A stretch of DNA of 64,000 nucleotides, taken from the NCBI GenBank assembly GCA_016191115.1, contig JACPPG010000005.1:23119-87118 (forward strand), written 5' to 3'. Below are positions 1 through 10,476 of this stretch, one piece after another (positions within the stretch are counted from its first letter, which is position 1; every line of letters starts with the position of its first letter). Made by a program: the position numbers and the translations under genes. The notes under the pieces are model-generated. The model worked only from the letters and a program-made list of their open reading frames with translations, made no database searches and was not told the origin of the DNA. The stretch comes from Planctomycetia bacterium. Lineage in GTDB: Bacteria; Planctomycetota; Planctomycetia; Pirellulales; JACPPG01.

Positions 1-1
1 G

Positions 2-3000
2 GCATTTTTCACCGGCGAAACCGCCAGTGGCTGGCAACAAGTCAATCTCGCCACGCCTGTCTACATCCAGGCAAACACCGTCTACATCGTTTCGTACTAC
101 GCCCCCAAGGGGCGCTACTCGGCCGATCGCAACTATTTCGTGTCGCAGGGCATCGATAACGGCCCGCTGCACGGCCTGTCGCAAGGCCCAAGCGGCCCCG
201 ATGGCGTGTTCGTCTACGGCAATAGCGCGTTTCCGACGAACACCTACCAGTCGTCGAACTACTATGTCGACGTCGTGATCAACACGGCCATCGTTAGCGA
301 CACAATGCGGCCCAAGATCATCTCGTACGCGGCCGCGGATGGGTCGAGCGTGCTCACGACGGATTCGTCGATCATCATCAAGTTCAGCGAGGCCCTGAAC
401 GCGGCGTCGGTCAACAGCACGAGCGTGCAACTCTTGAACCCCGATCTCACGAGCATCCCGCCCGGTTGCTGCGGCACGCCCGGTGGCTGGTGCACCGGCT
501 GCCCGTTACTGCAAGCCGCCTCGACGCGGGTCATCAACGCCACGGTCGTCTACGACGCGGTGAACTACACGGTGACGCTGACGCCGACTGCGCCGCTATC
601 CACCCTGCAGACTTACACGGTCTTTTTGAAGAGCGGTTCGCAGGGCGTATACGACGTGGCCGGCAACTCGCTCGCGGCCGATTCCGGCGCCTCGTTCCTC
701 ACACCCTCGCAGCCGGCTTCGACGCGGTCTACAATCTGGCCCACGTCCGCCACGCCCGCCACCGTCGACGTGGGCGAGGCAAAAGCGGTCGAGCTGGGCA
801 CGAAGTTCTACGCCGACACCAGCGGCACCATCGCCGGCATTGAGTTCTACAAGAGCGCCGCCAATACGGGCGTGCACACTGGCAGCCTGTGGTCGGCCAC
901 CGGGCAATTGCTGGCGACCGGCACGTTCACCGGCGAAACGGCCAGCGGCTGGCAACAGCTCACGTTCACCACGCCCGTGGCGGTCACGGCCGGCACCACG
1001 TACGTCGCTTCGTACCACACGGACAGCGGCCGTTTCTCGGTCGACAAGAACTACTTCACCTCGCAATTCAACAGCGGTTTGCTGCACGTTCCGGCCGACG
1101 GTGGCGTGTATCTCTACGGCACGGGCGGCTTCCCGACACAAACCAACCTGTCGAGCAACTATTGGGTGCAGCCGATCCTGCGTACTCCGATCACCACCGA
1201 CAATACGGCGCCGACAATCCTCAGCATCTCGCCGGCGGCCGGCACGACCGGCGTCTCCGTCACTCCGACGATCACCGCGCAGTTCAGCGAGGCGCTCGAT
1301 CCCACGACCGTCAGCACTAACACGCTGCGGCTGATGGACAACAGCAACCAACTGGTGCCCACCAGCGTGACGTACAACGAGCAGACGTTCATGGCGACCA
1401 TCGTGCCGACGTCGGCCTTGTCGTTCGGCGGCATGTACACGATCGTCGTCGCCGGCGGCGCGCAGGGCATTCGCGACATGGCCGGTAACCCGGTCGCCCT
1501 GACTACGGGATCGAGCTTTACCACCGTTGGTGCTCCGGTGCCCGATACGACGCCGCCGATGGTGATCGCGGTCAATCCGGCCAACAATGCCACAGGTTAC
1601 GCGGTGAACGGCGCGATCACGGTCACTTTCAGCGAACCGCTCAATGCCGCCTCGGTCAACGCGGCCAGCGTCATCCTGCTGAAGAACGCCCTGTCGCGGA
1701 TCGTGACGACCGTCACGTACAACGCGGCCAGCAATTCGATCACCATCACGCCCACCGCGCCGCTGGAGTACGGCAGCAACTACACGGTTTATCTTGTCGG
1801 CGGGGTGACGGGCATCCGCGACCTGTCGGACAACGCGATGACGCCGAACTACTCGTCGTCGTTCACGACCGTGGCCGCTCCGCCACCGGCTAGCCTGTGG
1901 AGCACCTCCACGACGCCTGGCACCGTCGACGGCGGCGACACACAGTCGATCGAAGTGGGCGTGAAATTCACGGCCGACTCCAATGGTTACATCATCGGAG
2001 TGCGCTTCTACAAGAGCGCGGCCAACACCGGCACGCACGTCGGCAATCTGTGGTCGGCAAGCGGGCAACTATTGGCCACCGGCACGTACTCCGGTGAGAC
2101 GGCCAGCGGATGGCAGACGCTCACGTTTGCCACGCCCGTCGCGATCACCGCCGGCACTACCTATACGGCATCATATCTGGCGCCGAAGGGGCGTTACGCG
2201 GCCGACACGAACTTCTTCAACGCGCAATTCAACAGCGGACCGCTGCACGTCCCCGCCAGCGGCGGCGTCTATCGGTACGGCGCCACGAGCGGCTTCCCCA
2301 CGAGCACGTTTTCGAAGAACAACTACTGGGTCGACGTGTTGTTCAGCCTCACGCCGCCGGCGGATACCACGCCGCCGACGGTGACCGCCATGTCCCCGGC
2401 CAATGGCGCGACGAACGTCCCGACGAACGTGGCCGCCACGGTGCGGTTCAGTGAGGCGATCAATACCACGTCGCTGTCGAGCAGCACGCTGCAGATCCTG
2501 GACGGCACGACGCTCGTGCCCGCCACGATCACCTACGACGCCAACACGAACACGGCGACGATCGCGCCGGTCAGCCCGTTGGCGAATTCCCGCACCTATA
2601 CGCTGTCGGCGACCGGCGGCATCCCGGGTCTCAAGGACACGTCCGGCAACAACCTGGCGCAGACCACTTCGACGACCTTCACGACGGCCGCCGTCGACGT
2701 GACGGCGCCGACGGTCACTTCGTTCAACCCCACGAATAACGCCAGCAGCGTGGCGACCAGCGCCACGGTAACGGTCACGTTCAGCGAGGCGGTCGATCCC
2801 ACGACCGTCAACGCGACGACCGTGTCGCTGCTCACCAACACGAACGCCGTTATGGCCGCGACGGTTAGCTACAATCCCGCGACCAGCACCGCGACGTTGA
2901 CCCCGACCAGTCCGCTGGCAAACTCCGCCAGCTACACGATCGTCGTGCAGGGTGGGGTGGCCGGCGTGCACGACCTTGCCGGCAACGCCCTGGCCGCGAA

Positions 3001-5044
3001 CGCGACGTCCGCTTTCCAAACCGTCGCTTCATCCAATGGCGGCGGTGGTGGCGGCACTGGTGGCACGACGAGCTCGTCGACGAGCTTGTGGACGACGACC
3101 ACTCCGGCCACGGCCGACGTCGGCGAGCCACAATCACTCGAATTGGGCGTCAAGTTCACTTCCAACGCCAATGGGTACATCACGGGCCTACGCTTCTACA
3201 AGAGCACCGCGAACACCGGCACTCACGTTGGCCACCTGTGGACGAGCTCCGGCCAGTTGTTGGCCACCGCCACGTTCACTGGCGAGACGGCCAGCGGCTG
3301 GCAGCAAGTCACGTTCGCCACGCCCGTAGCGATCACGGCCGGCACGACGTACGTAGCTTCGTACTTTGCCCCGAACGGCCACTTCGCCGTCAATCGCAGC
3401 TACTTCAAGAGCGCGTTCACGAGCGGACAACTGCAAGTCCCCGCCAATGGCGGCGTCTTCATGTATGGTGCGGCAAGCGCCTTCCCGACCCAGACCTACG
3501 GCAGCAGCAACTACTGGGTCGACGTGATGTTGTCGACGGCGCCGCCTGTCGACACGACTGCGCCGACGGTGACCGGTTTCAGCCCGGCCGGCGGCGCGAC
3601 GAACGTCGCCGTCAGTACGCCGATCACGATCACATTCAGCGAGGCGCTTAGCGCGGCTTCGGTCACCACGAGCACCGTGCGCTTGCTGGACGGCGCTACT
3701 CAAGTGGCGGCCACCGTGGCCTACAACGCCGGCAACAACACGGTCACGATCACGCCCACCGCGGCCCTCGCCAACTCGAAGGCGTACACGATTTCTGTCC
3801 TGGGCGGCGCGAGTGGCGTGAAGGACGCGGCCGGCAACGCCCTGGCGCAAACCGCCACGTCCACCTTCACGACCGTCGCGGCGCCGCCTGTCGATACGAC
3901 TGCGCCGACGGTGACCGGTTTCAGCCCGGCCGGTGGTGCGACAAGCGTCGCCGTCAATACGGCGATCACGGTGACATTCAGCGAAGCGCTTAGCGCGGCT
4001 TCGGTCACCACGAGCACCGTGCGGTTGCTGGACGGCAGCACGCAGGTGGCTGCCACCGTGGCCTACAATGCCGCGAATAACACCGTCACCGTCACGCCCA
4101 CCGCGGCCTTGGCCAACTCGAAGGCCTACACGATTTCTGTCCTGGGCGGCGCGAGTGGCGTGAAGGACGCGGCCGGCAATGCCCTGGCACAAACGGCCAC
4201 GTCGACCTTCACCACGGTCGCGGCAACGCCTCCCGACACGACTCCGCCCACCGTGACCGGTTTCAGCCCGGCCAGTGGCGCGACGAACGTCGCCATCAAC
4301 ACGGCGGTCACGGTGACGTTCAGCGAAGCGCTTAGCGCGGCCTCGGTCACCACGAGCACTGTCCGGCTGCTGGACGGTGCCACTCAGGTGGCGGCCAGCG
4401 CGTCCTACAACGCCACGAATAAGACGGTCACCATCACGCCCACGGCGGCCCTGGCCAACTCGAAGGTCTATACGATCTCGGTTGTGGGCGGCTCGGCAGG
4501 CGTGAAGGACGCGGCCGGCAATGCCTTGGCGCAGACCGCCACGTCGACCTTTACCACCGTCGCGGCGCCCGTCACGACGTCGAGCCTGTGGAGCGCTTCG
4601 ACGACGCCGAAGACAGTCGACGTCGGCGAGCCGCAAGCCATCGAGTTGGGCGTCAAGTTCACCGCCGACGTCAATGGCTACATCACGGGCATACGGTTCT
4701 ACAAGAGTTCGGCCAACACCGGCACGCACATCGGGAACCTGTGGAGCAGCACGGGCCAGCTTTTGGCCACGGCCACCTTCACCAACGAAACCGCTAGCGG
4801 CTGGCAGCAAGTCACTTTCTCGACGCCGGTGGCGGTCACGGCGGGCACGACGTACGTGGCCTCGTACTATGCACCCAACGGGCGCTTCTCGGTGAATCGC
4901 AACTACTTCGGCAGCGCGTTCACGAGCGGCCTGCTGCGCGTGCCCGCTAGCGGCGGTGTCTTTAAGTACGGCTCGTCGAGTGCATTCCCCGACCAGACGT
5001 TTAACGCCAGCAACTACTGGGTGGACGTGGTGTTCTCAAGCTAG
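2..5044 (+). CDS. Giant surface protein, 5'-truncated by the window: >=5 DUF4082 domains alternating with 8 bacterial Ig-like (Big_5/SbsA-type) domains
   Basis: Frame is open from base 2 (AFFTGETASGWQQ). Repeated ELGVKF..G.ITG.RFYK...GHLW...TASGWQ...NYWVDV (DUF4082) and DTTAPTV..FSE..D.AGNAL (Big_5) motifs. Confidence 0.9.
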   Translation, partial: AFFTGETASGWQQVNLATPVYIQANTVYIVSYYAPKGRYSADRNYFVSQGIDNGPLHGLSQGPSGPDGVFVYGNSAFPTNTYQSSNYYVDVVINTAIVSDTMRPKIISYAAADGSSVLTTDSSIIIKFSEALNAASVNSTSVQLLNPDLTSIPPGCCGTPGGWCTGCPLLQAASTRVINATVVYDAVNYTVTLTPTAPLSTLQTYTVFLKSGSQGVYDVAGNSLAADSGASFLTPSQPASTRSTIWPTSATPATVDVGEAKAVELGTKFYADTSGTIAGIEFYKSAANTGVHTGSLWSATGQLLATGTFTGETASGWQQLTFTTPVAVTAGTTYVASYHTDSGRFSVDKNYFTSQFNSGLLHVPADGGVYLYGTGGFPTQTNLSSNYWVQPILRTPITTDNTAPTILSISPAAGTTGVSVTPTITAQFSEALDPTTVSTNTLRLMDNSNQLVPTSVTYNEQTFMATIVPTSALSFGGMYTIVVAGGAQGIRDMAGNPVALTTGSSFTTVGAPVPDTTPPMVIAVNPANNATGYAVNGAITVTFSEPLNAASVNAASVILLKNALSRIVTTVTYNAASNSITITPTAPLEYGSNYTVYLVGGVTGIRDLSDNAMTPNYSSSFTTVAAPPPASLWSTSTTPGTVDGGDTQSIEVGVKFTADSNGYIIGVRFYKSAANTGTHVGNLWSASGQLLATGTYSGETASGWQTLTFATPVAITAGTTYTASYLAPKGRYAADTNFFNAQFNSGPLHVPASGGVYRYGATSGFPTSTFSKNNYWVDVLFSLTPPADTTPPTVTAMSPANGATNVPTNVAATVRFSEAINTTSLSSSTLQILDGTTLVPATITYDANTNTATIAPVSPLANSRTYTLSATGGIPGLKDTSGNNLAQTTSTTFTTAAVDVTAPTVTSFNPTNNASSVATSATVTVTFSEAVDPTTVNATTVSLLTNTNAVMAATVSYNPATSTATLTPTSPLANSASYTIVVQGGVAGVHDLAGNALAANATSAFQTVASSNGGGGGGTGGTTSSSTSLWTTTTPATADVGEPQSLELGVKFTSNANGYITGLRFYKSTANTGTHVGHLWTSSGQLLATATFTGETASGWQQVTFATPVAITAGTTYVASYFAPNGHFAVNRSYFKSAFTSGQLQVPANGGVFMYGAASAFPTQTYGSSNYWVDVMLSTAPPVDTTAPTVTGFSPAGGATNVAVSTPITITFSEALSAASVTTSTVRLLDGATQVAATVAYNAGNNTVTITPTAALANSKAYTISVLGGASGVKDAAGNALAQTATSTFTTVAAPPVDTTAPTVTGFSPAGGATSVAVNTAITVTFSEALSAASVTTSTVRLLDGSTQVAATVAYNAANNTVTVTPTAALANSKAYTISVLGGASGVKDAAGNALAQTATSTFTTVAATPPDTTPPTVTGFSPASGATNVAINTAVTVTFSEALSAASVTTSTVRLLDGATQVAASASYNATNKTVTITPTAALANSKVYTISVVGGSAGVKDAAGNALAQTATSTFTTVAAPVTTSSLWSASTTPKTVDVGEPQAIELGVKFTADVNGYITGIRFYKSSANTGTHIGNLWSSTGQLLATATFTNETASGWQQVTFSTPVAVTAGTTYVASYYAPNGRFSVNRNYFGSAFTSGLLRVPASGGVFKYGSSSAFPDQTFNASNYWVDVVFSS
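3542..4565 (+). repeat. Three near-identical ~342-345-bp intragenic tandem repeats (Big_5 domains)
   Basis: Units start at ~3542, 3884 and 4229 with high nucleotide identity. Confidence 0.9.
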
Positions 5045-5097
5045 GAACGATTGGCCGCATAGCGTCGCCAATTCAGACGAGCCGCGCAAGTCGCGGA

Positions 5098-6165
5098 TCA
5101 AGCGGCCCGCGTACGGCGATTCCGCCGGAGCCAGTGGCGCGCCTGATTCAGCAACCACTTGCGGTTCTGCCGCAGGCGCCGCTCTTGCGCGCGGAACCGT
5201 TCGAGGAATAGCTCGATACGTGGCGCAGGCGCCGGGCGCCAGCCGGCCCAGGCGGTGCGATCGACGTACTTGAAGAACTCCCCGCGCATCGGATGCCGGC
5301 ACAGTGGCCGCCAGGGTTTGTCGCGCGTCGTAAAGTGCACGATGTACGGATCGTCGCGCAACTGCTCGAACGTCTGGCGATCGAACGGGCTCCGCTTCCA
5401 CGTCGGGTACGCATAGGCGTGCATGCCTTGGTTCCAACGCATGTCGAGCCGTCCCCACCGGTCCGCAAGCACCACGTTCAAGGCGTACTGATCCCACCAT
5501 TGGACGTGCTGACGGTTGCGGTCCAGGCATTCGAGCGCCAGTCGCGCGATGCCGGCACTCCGCCAGGCAGTCAAGTCGGCGAGCAGCACGCCGGCATTGA
5601 AATAGGCGGCGTCGGCCGGCAGTCCCAGCGCCTGAAAATTCGGCACGGGACGCGCCGATCCCATGTAGGGTGCACAAGACGGGTAGTTCGCCAGTGCCTC
5701 GGCCGCGTCCATGTAGGGCGCCGCACAGTCTTGCGCCGCCAGGCACCACGCGCCGGCAAAGTCGCTATCCCAAAGTCGTCCAAGATCGGCGCGGATCACG
5801 AGATCGGCGTCGAGGTAGATCGCGCGCCGCAAGTCGGCCGGCAACACACGCTCCATCAGGATGCGGAAGTAGGTGACAAGATTGACGTGCCCCGATTCCG
5901 GCAGCCCGGCCAGCTTTGAAGCATCGATCCGCAGCCACTCGACTTGATAGCGGCCGTCGGGCCAGGATCGCAGGAGCCGGTTCTTCGTGGCCTCAAGTAT
6001 GCCCGCGTCCAACACGTAGACGCGCAGCCGTCGATCGCCTGCCAGATTGTCGAGCGCCGAGCGGACGGTGGCCGCCAAGGGCATGGCGAAGTTTTCGTCC
6101 GCGGCCAGCACGACGATCGGGTGGCGGTCCGCGGGAACGGTGCCTGCTGCCTGCGTTGATGTCAC
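5098..6165 (-). CDS. Glycosyltransferase family 8
   Basis: IVVLAADENF, YFRI, YLDAD, YFNAGVLL, DQYALN and IVHFT motifs; GTG start after GGAGG inferred. Confidence 0.9.
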   Translation of the reverse strand: MTSTQAAGTVPADRHPIVVLAADENFAMPLAATVRSALDNLAGDRRLRVYVLDAGILEATKNRLLRSWPDGRYQVEWLRIDASKLAGLPESGHVNLVTYFRILMERVLPADLRRAIYLDADLVIRADLGRLWDSDFAGAWCLAAQDCAAPYMDAAEALANYPSCAPYMGSARPVPNFQALGLPADAAYFNAGVLLADLTAWRSAGIARLALECLDRNRQHVQWWDQYALNVVLADRWGRLDMRWNQGMHAYAYPTWKRSPFDRQTFEQLRDDPYIVHFTTRDKPWRPLCRHPMRGEFFKYVDRTAWAGWRPAPAPRIELFLERFRAQERRLRQNRKWLLNQARHWLRRNRRTRAA

Positions 6166-6529
6166 CAGGTGGCCTCCGAGCGCTCGTGCAGTCGCGCGTC
6201 CAAGCGATCCTGCCGTGAGGAGTGGTAGCCCCTTTATCGGCGAGACACACGACTTTTGCCGCAACGATGTGCTTGGCAGGAAGCAGAGATTCCTGCTAGC
6301 AACCCGCGACAGCGGCGCCCGAAGAGGAAGAATGCGAGTCAGATGGGGGACTTCGGCAGGCCGGACGGCGCCGGCGTCCGGGAGTATTCCGGCTTCGGTG
6401 ACATTACCGATGAGATCGGTGGATTCGACGGGTACACACCTGGCTTCGGTGCGCGCCGGGATAGAGGCTGGCAAAACGCGCGAAACTGGGAAAAGAGCGC
6501 AAGGGCCCCGTCGTGTGGATTCACATCGT

Positions 6530-7543
6530 ATGGGCACGACCTGCCTGATCACGAACTACAACTACGCCCGCTTCCTCGGCGATGCCCTGGACAGCGTGCT
6601 AGCGCAGAGCGTGCCGTTTGACGAGGTGATCGTTGTCGACGACGGTTCGACCGACGCGTCGACCGAGATCTTGGCCAAAATCCGCGCGCGGCATCCGGCG
6701 ATCAAGCTGGTTGCCAAAGACAACGGCGGCCAATTGTCCTCGTTCAACGAGGGCTTCGCGCGGGCGACCGGCGACATCGTGTTTTTTCTCGATAGCGACG
6801 ACGTCTACGAGCCGAACTACGTCGCGCAAGCACTGAAGGTCTACAGCCGCCATCCGTCCTGCGGGTTCGTGGCCTGTGGGCTTCGTCAGTTCGGACAGTC
6901 CGACGCCGTGAAACTGGCGTATCCGGGCGACCGCGATCTGGGCCATTCCGTGATCCTGGCATCTTTTTTGCGGGCATGGATCGGCGCACCGACGTCGTGC
7001 CTGTCGATGCGGCGCGAGGTGCTCGAAAAAATCCTGCCGCTTCCCTTCCGCGAGGATTGGCGGACGCGTGCCGACGATTGCCTGGTGTTCGGCGCGTCGC
7101 TGGCGGGCGCGCGGAAATACTATCTCGCGCAGCCGCTCGTGCGTTACCGCGTTCACGACGACAACAAGTTCTGCCGCAGCGTTCCGGACGAGGGCGCGGT
7201 GTATCGCCGCCGCCTGGCGATCAATCGGCTGTTCGAGCACCTCGAGCGCAAGCTGTGTTACAACGTCCCGCGGCTTGCCGACTTTCCTCACCGCGAGTTC
7301 TGCACGATTGCCCAGCCGACCTTTCGTCAGCTTGCCCAGTACGCGCGGATCGCGCTGGGCTCGCGCGTGTCCCTCGCCAGACGGTTCGCCTGCATCGGCG
7401 CCATGACGGGGCACTACCTGCGCACCAGGGCGGCGCGCCATTCAGACGCGGCAGCCCTCCCCACCGCATCGCCGCCGAACTCCACTACCACCATCGCGCC
7501 GCACAGCGCCAGACTGCGCGGAACCTTTACGGTTCGAGCTTGA
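6530..7543 (+). CDS. Glycosyltransferase family 2
   Basis: ITNYNY..FL..ALDSVL, VVDDGSTD and FLDSDD motifs. Confidence 0.9.
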   Translation: MGTTCLITNYNYARFLGDALDSVLAQSVPFDEVIVVDDGSTDASTEILAKIRARHPAIKLVAKDNGGQLSSFNEGFARATGDIVFFLDSDDVYEPNYVAQALKVYSRHPSCGFVACGLRQFGQSDAVKLAYPGDRDLGHSVILASFLRAWIGAPTSCLSMRREVLEKILPLPFREDWRTRADDCLVFGASLAGARKYYLAQPLVRYRVHDDNKFCRSVPDEGAVYRRRLAINRLFEHLERKLCYNVPRLADFPHREFCTIAQPTFRQLAQYARIALGSRVSLARRFACIGAMTGHYLRTRAARHSDAAALPTASPPNSTTTIAPHSARLRGTFTVRA

Positions 7544-8597
7544 CGATGCGATCGTTCGAGCTGTCGGCGATGTACACCGCACCCGATGGGTGCACGAACA
7601 CGCCGTGGGGCTGCTTGAGCTGGGCCGCCAGGGGCGGGCCGCCCAGGCCGCTCGCGCCCGCTTCGCCGGCGCCTGCGATGCGGATCAGTTGGCGTTTGCC
7701 GGGCAGGTACTTGCGGATCAAGTGATTCTCGGTGTCGGCGATCAATACGTTGCCCGCAAGGTCGATGCACAAATGCTTGGGACCTTTGAGCGGCAACGGC
7801 TGGCGGCCGTTTTCATCCCGACAGTCGGCGCCGCGACCCACGAGCGTGTGAATGCGCCCCGTTGAGTCGACCACCCGCAGGGCGTCGCCGCTGCGTTCCA
7901 GAATGTAGACGTTGCCGTGGGCGTCGGCGGCTACCGCTCGTGGGTCGACGAGTGGGGAATTCCGAGCCTCGCCCCCTTCTGGCGGCACGCCGCGCTCGCC
8001 GTTGCCGGCCACGGTGTCGACCGTGCCGGTGGCCATGTCGATCGCGCGGACCCGGCGGTTGTCCAAGTCGGCGATAAACAGGCGATCCCCCATGGGCGAG
8101 AACGCCAGGCAATAGACGCCGCCGAACTCGGCGGCCATGGCCGGCCCGCCGTCACCGTTGAAACCCTTGCGGCCGGTGCCGGCGAATCGAGCGATGGTCC
8201 CGTGCCGCGGATCGACTTTTCGCACGCACTGGTTCCAGGTGTCGGCAACGTAGATCGCGCCATCCTTGCCGACGGCCAGGCTGTGCATGCCGTTGAACTG
8301 GGCCCGCCGCGCCGGGCCATCGTCGCCCGAGGCACCCTTGTCGCCGGTTCCCGCCAGGGTCGTCAGTAGGCCGCGCGGATCGACACGCAAGACACGGTGC
8401 CCTGTCATTTCGGCGATGTAGAAGTTGCCATCGCGATCGGCATCGACGGCGAACGGGCCGTGCAGCTTGGCGCGCGTGGCTGGCACGCCGTCCTTCTCCT
8501 CTTGCCCGCCGGCCACCAACACAAGCGTTTCGGCGTTCAGGGAGCGCGAGAGACAGCCGAGCAACATTCCGACGACCAACAGGTGAAGCAGGCGCAT
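7527..8597 (-). CDS. Secreted NHL-repeat beta-propeller protein
   Basis: Signal peptide; repeated YIAD..N..VR.VD...G.I..AGTG units. Confidence 0.88.
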   Translation of the reverse strand: MRLLHLLVVGMLLGCLSRSLNAETLVLVAGGQEEKDGVPATRAKLHGPFAVDADRDGNFYIAEMTGHRVLRVDPRGLLTTLAGTGDKGASGDDGPARRAQFNGMHSLAVGKDGAIYVADTWNQCVRKVDPRHGTIARFAGTGRKGFNGDGGPAMAAEFGGVYCLAFSPMGDRLFIADLDNRRVRAIDMATGTVDTVAGNGERGVPPEGGEARNSPLVDPRAVAADAHGNVYILERSGDALRVVDSTGRIHTLVGRGADCRDENGRQPLPLKGPKHLCIDLAGNVLIADTENHLIRKYLPGKRQLIRIAGAGEAGASGLGGPPLAAQLKQPHGVFVHPSGAVYIADSSNDRIVKLEP

Positions 8598-8858
8598 GTC
8601 GTTCCTTTTCCTTGTGGCATGCCAGCCGGCCATTTCAGAGCAGCCGTACAGGCGTCGCCGCCAATCTTACAAGGCGCCACGCGTGGGTGCCACAATGCCG
8701 CGACGCCATGCGCCCCGCAGGCCTCCTGCGCGCGGCATTTTGCCGTGCGCTTGCCGGCGGACTAGAATGCGCTTCGCCCGGCAAGTGCCGGTTATCCGAT
8801 CGCAATTCTGCGACGAACCGAGGGCGAGTCTCGTCGCCAAGGCATGGGGATCAATTCG

Positions 8859-10448
8859 ATGGGCGAGCTCGATCGCAGGACGTTCATCCGTGGATTGGGG
8901 GCGTCAATCACGCTGGCTTCGGGCGTTCAACTCGCGGTGCCCTCAAGCGCTACGGCGAGCCAAGCATCCAATGCCCACCTGACTAGAGCCAATCCCGAGT
9001 TCCTGGTCAGCCGCGCGCAAGCCCAGGCCTGGCACGTGGCCAAGGACTCGAAGGGCGGCCCGACGATCGCCGGCAGCCGTTCGTGGAAGCATTTCTTGGA
9101 GATCGTCGAGAACGAATTGCGGGCCGGCGGGGTCGTCGACGTGCTCCGGAATCCTTGGACCTACACGCGCTGGTCCACGACCGAGTGGCCCGACGATTCG
9201 AACTGGTCGCTCCACGTCGACGGCCAGAAGATCAAAGTCGCCAGCTATGGGTGCAACTCAGGCAAAACGCCCGCGGAGGGGATCACCGGCGAGCTCGTCG
9301 TTTTCCGGCAAGGAATGCCGGCCGCCGAACTCAAAGGCAAGATCGCCATCGTGCTGAAGCCGACGGCGGTGCAATACTACGAGGACCGGGCAGGGTCGAA
9401 GCCCCTATCCCGCCCGCCCAACCCGCTGAGCGTCGGCGACTATGAGTTCCTGTCGAGCGGCGAGTCGTTTCCCGATCCGCTCCGGCCGATGGCCCAGATG
9501 GACGCCGTCAGCCCGTTCACGCAGATGGGGCTTGGCGCCGACGAGCGCGCACTGACGGAAGCCGGCGCGGTCGGCGCCTTGATCGTCATTGGTCTGTCGT
9601 ACGAGGCGCTGGCGGGCATCTATACGTTTCCCGTGCCCGCGCTCTATGACCTGCCGACGCTGTACGTCGACCGCGACACCGGCGCAAGCCTTGTCGAGGC
9701 GGCAAAGTCCGGTAAGAAAGCCGTGCTGCGCCTGATCTCGCGGACCGAAGACGTGGAGACCTACCAGCTCTTTGGCTACTTGCCGGGCCGCGATTACAAG
9801 ACGCCGACCGACGAGCAGATCTTGTTGATCACGCACACCGACGGCCCATCGATCTCGCAGGAGAACGGGGCTCTTGGCATCCTCGGCATGGTGAAATACT
9901 TTTCGCACATCCCGCCAGCCGAGCGCCCGCGGACGCTGATGATCTTTCTCGATTGCCGCCACTACATGCCCGGCGCCGAGCGGGCCTTTGCCGCCCAGGA
10001 TTATTCCCAAAGTCACCCGGACATCTACCAGCTCGTCGTGGCCGCGATGGGTATCGAGCATCTCGGTCAGATTCAGGTCGCCGAAGGAGACGGCAAGCCC
10101 TACCACAAGACCGAATTGCCTGAAGTATCCTCGCTGTGGGTCAGCAAGAACCAGCAACTCATCGACATGGCCATCAAGGCGGTCAAAGACAATCGTCTGG
10201 CGCGCGTGCAGGTCCAGTGCCCCGACCGTCCCGGCGTGCACGGCAAGCCGCAGGGGCGGCAGTTCGGCCTGGGCGCCATTGCCGGACGGCTGGGCGTTGC
10301 GGGCGCATCGACGATGGGCATGATGGCGGCCTACTGGTCTTCGAAGGCCCGCATCGACTACTTCGACGCCAAGCACTTCGTCGACCAGGTGGCCACGATG
10401 AGCCAGATCTGCGGCGGACTGATGACCGCCGAGCTGGCGGCAAGGTAG
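8859..10448 (+). CDS. Tat-exported protein, probable PA-domain/M28-like peptidase homologue
   Basis: DRRTFI twin-arginine signal; LKGKIAIV and AGAVGAL (PA-like); THTDG..ENG motif. Confidence 0.6.
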   Translation: MGELDRRTFIRGLGASITLASGVQLAVPSSATASQASNAHLTRANPEFLVSRAQAQAWHVAKDSKGGPTIAGSRSWKHFLEIVENELRAGGVVDVLRNPWTYTRWSTTEWPDDSNWSLHVDGQKIKVASYGCNSGKTPAEGITGELVVFRQGMPAAELKGKIAIVLKPTAVQYYEDRAGSKPLSRPPNPLSVGDYEFLSSGESFPDPLRPMAQMDAVSPFTQMGLGADERALTEAGAVGALIVIGLSYEALAGIYTFPVPALYDLPTLYVDRDTGASLVEAAKSGKKAVLRLISRTEDVETYQLFGYLPGRDYKTPTDEQILLITHTDGPSISQENGALGILGMVKYFSHIPPAERPRTLMIFLDCRHYMPGAERAFAAQDYSQSHPDIYQLVVAAMGIEHLGQIQVAEGDGKPYHKTELPEVSSLWVSKNQQLIDMAIKAVKDNRLARVQVQCPDRPGVHGKPQGRQFGLGAIAGRLGVAGASTMGMMAAYWSSKARIDYFDAKHFVDQVATMSQICGGLMTAELAAR

Positions 10449-10476
10449 CGTCCGCTCTTCGGCGACTCGGGAGTCC

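Noticed and set aside
596..4810. Long antisense ORFs (e.g. 596-2068, 3188-4810; also 49914-51653, 59191-60996, 57017-58360)
   Set aside because: Shadow ORFs of GC-rich coding strands, with Arg/Gly/Ala-rich translations and no recognisable motifs.
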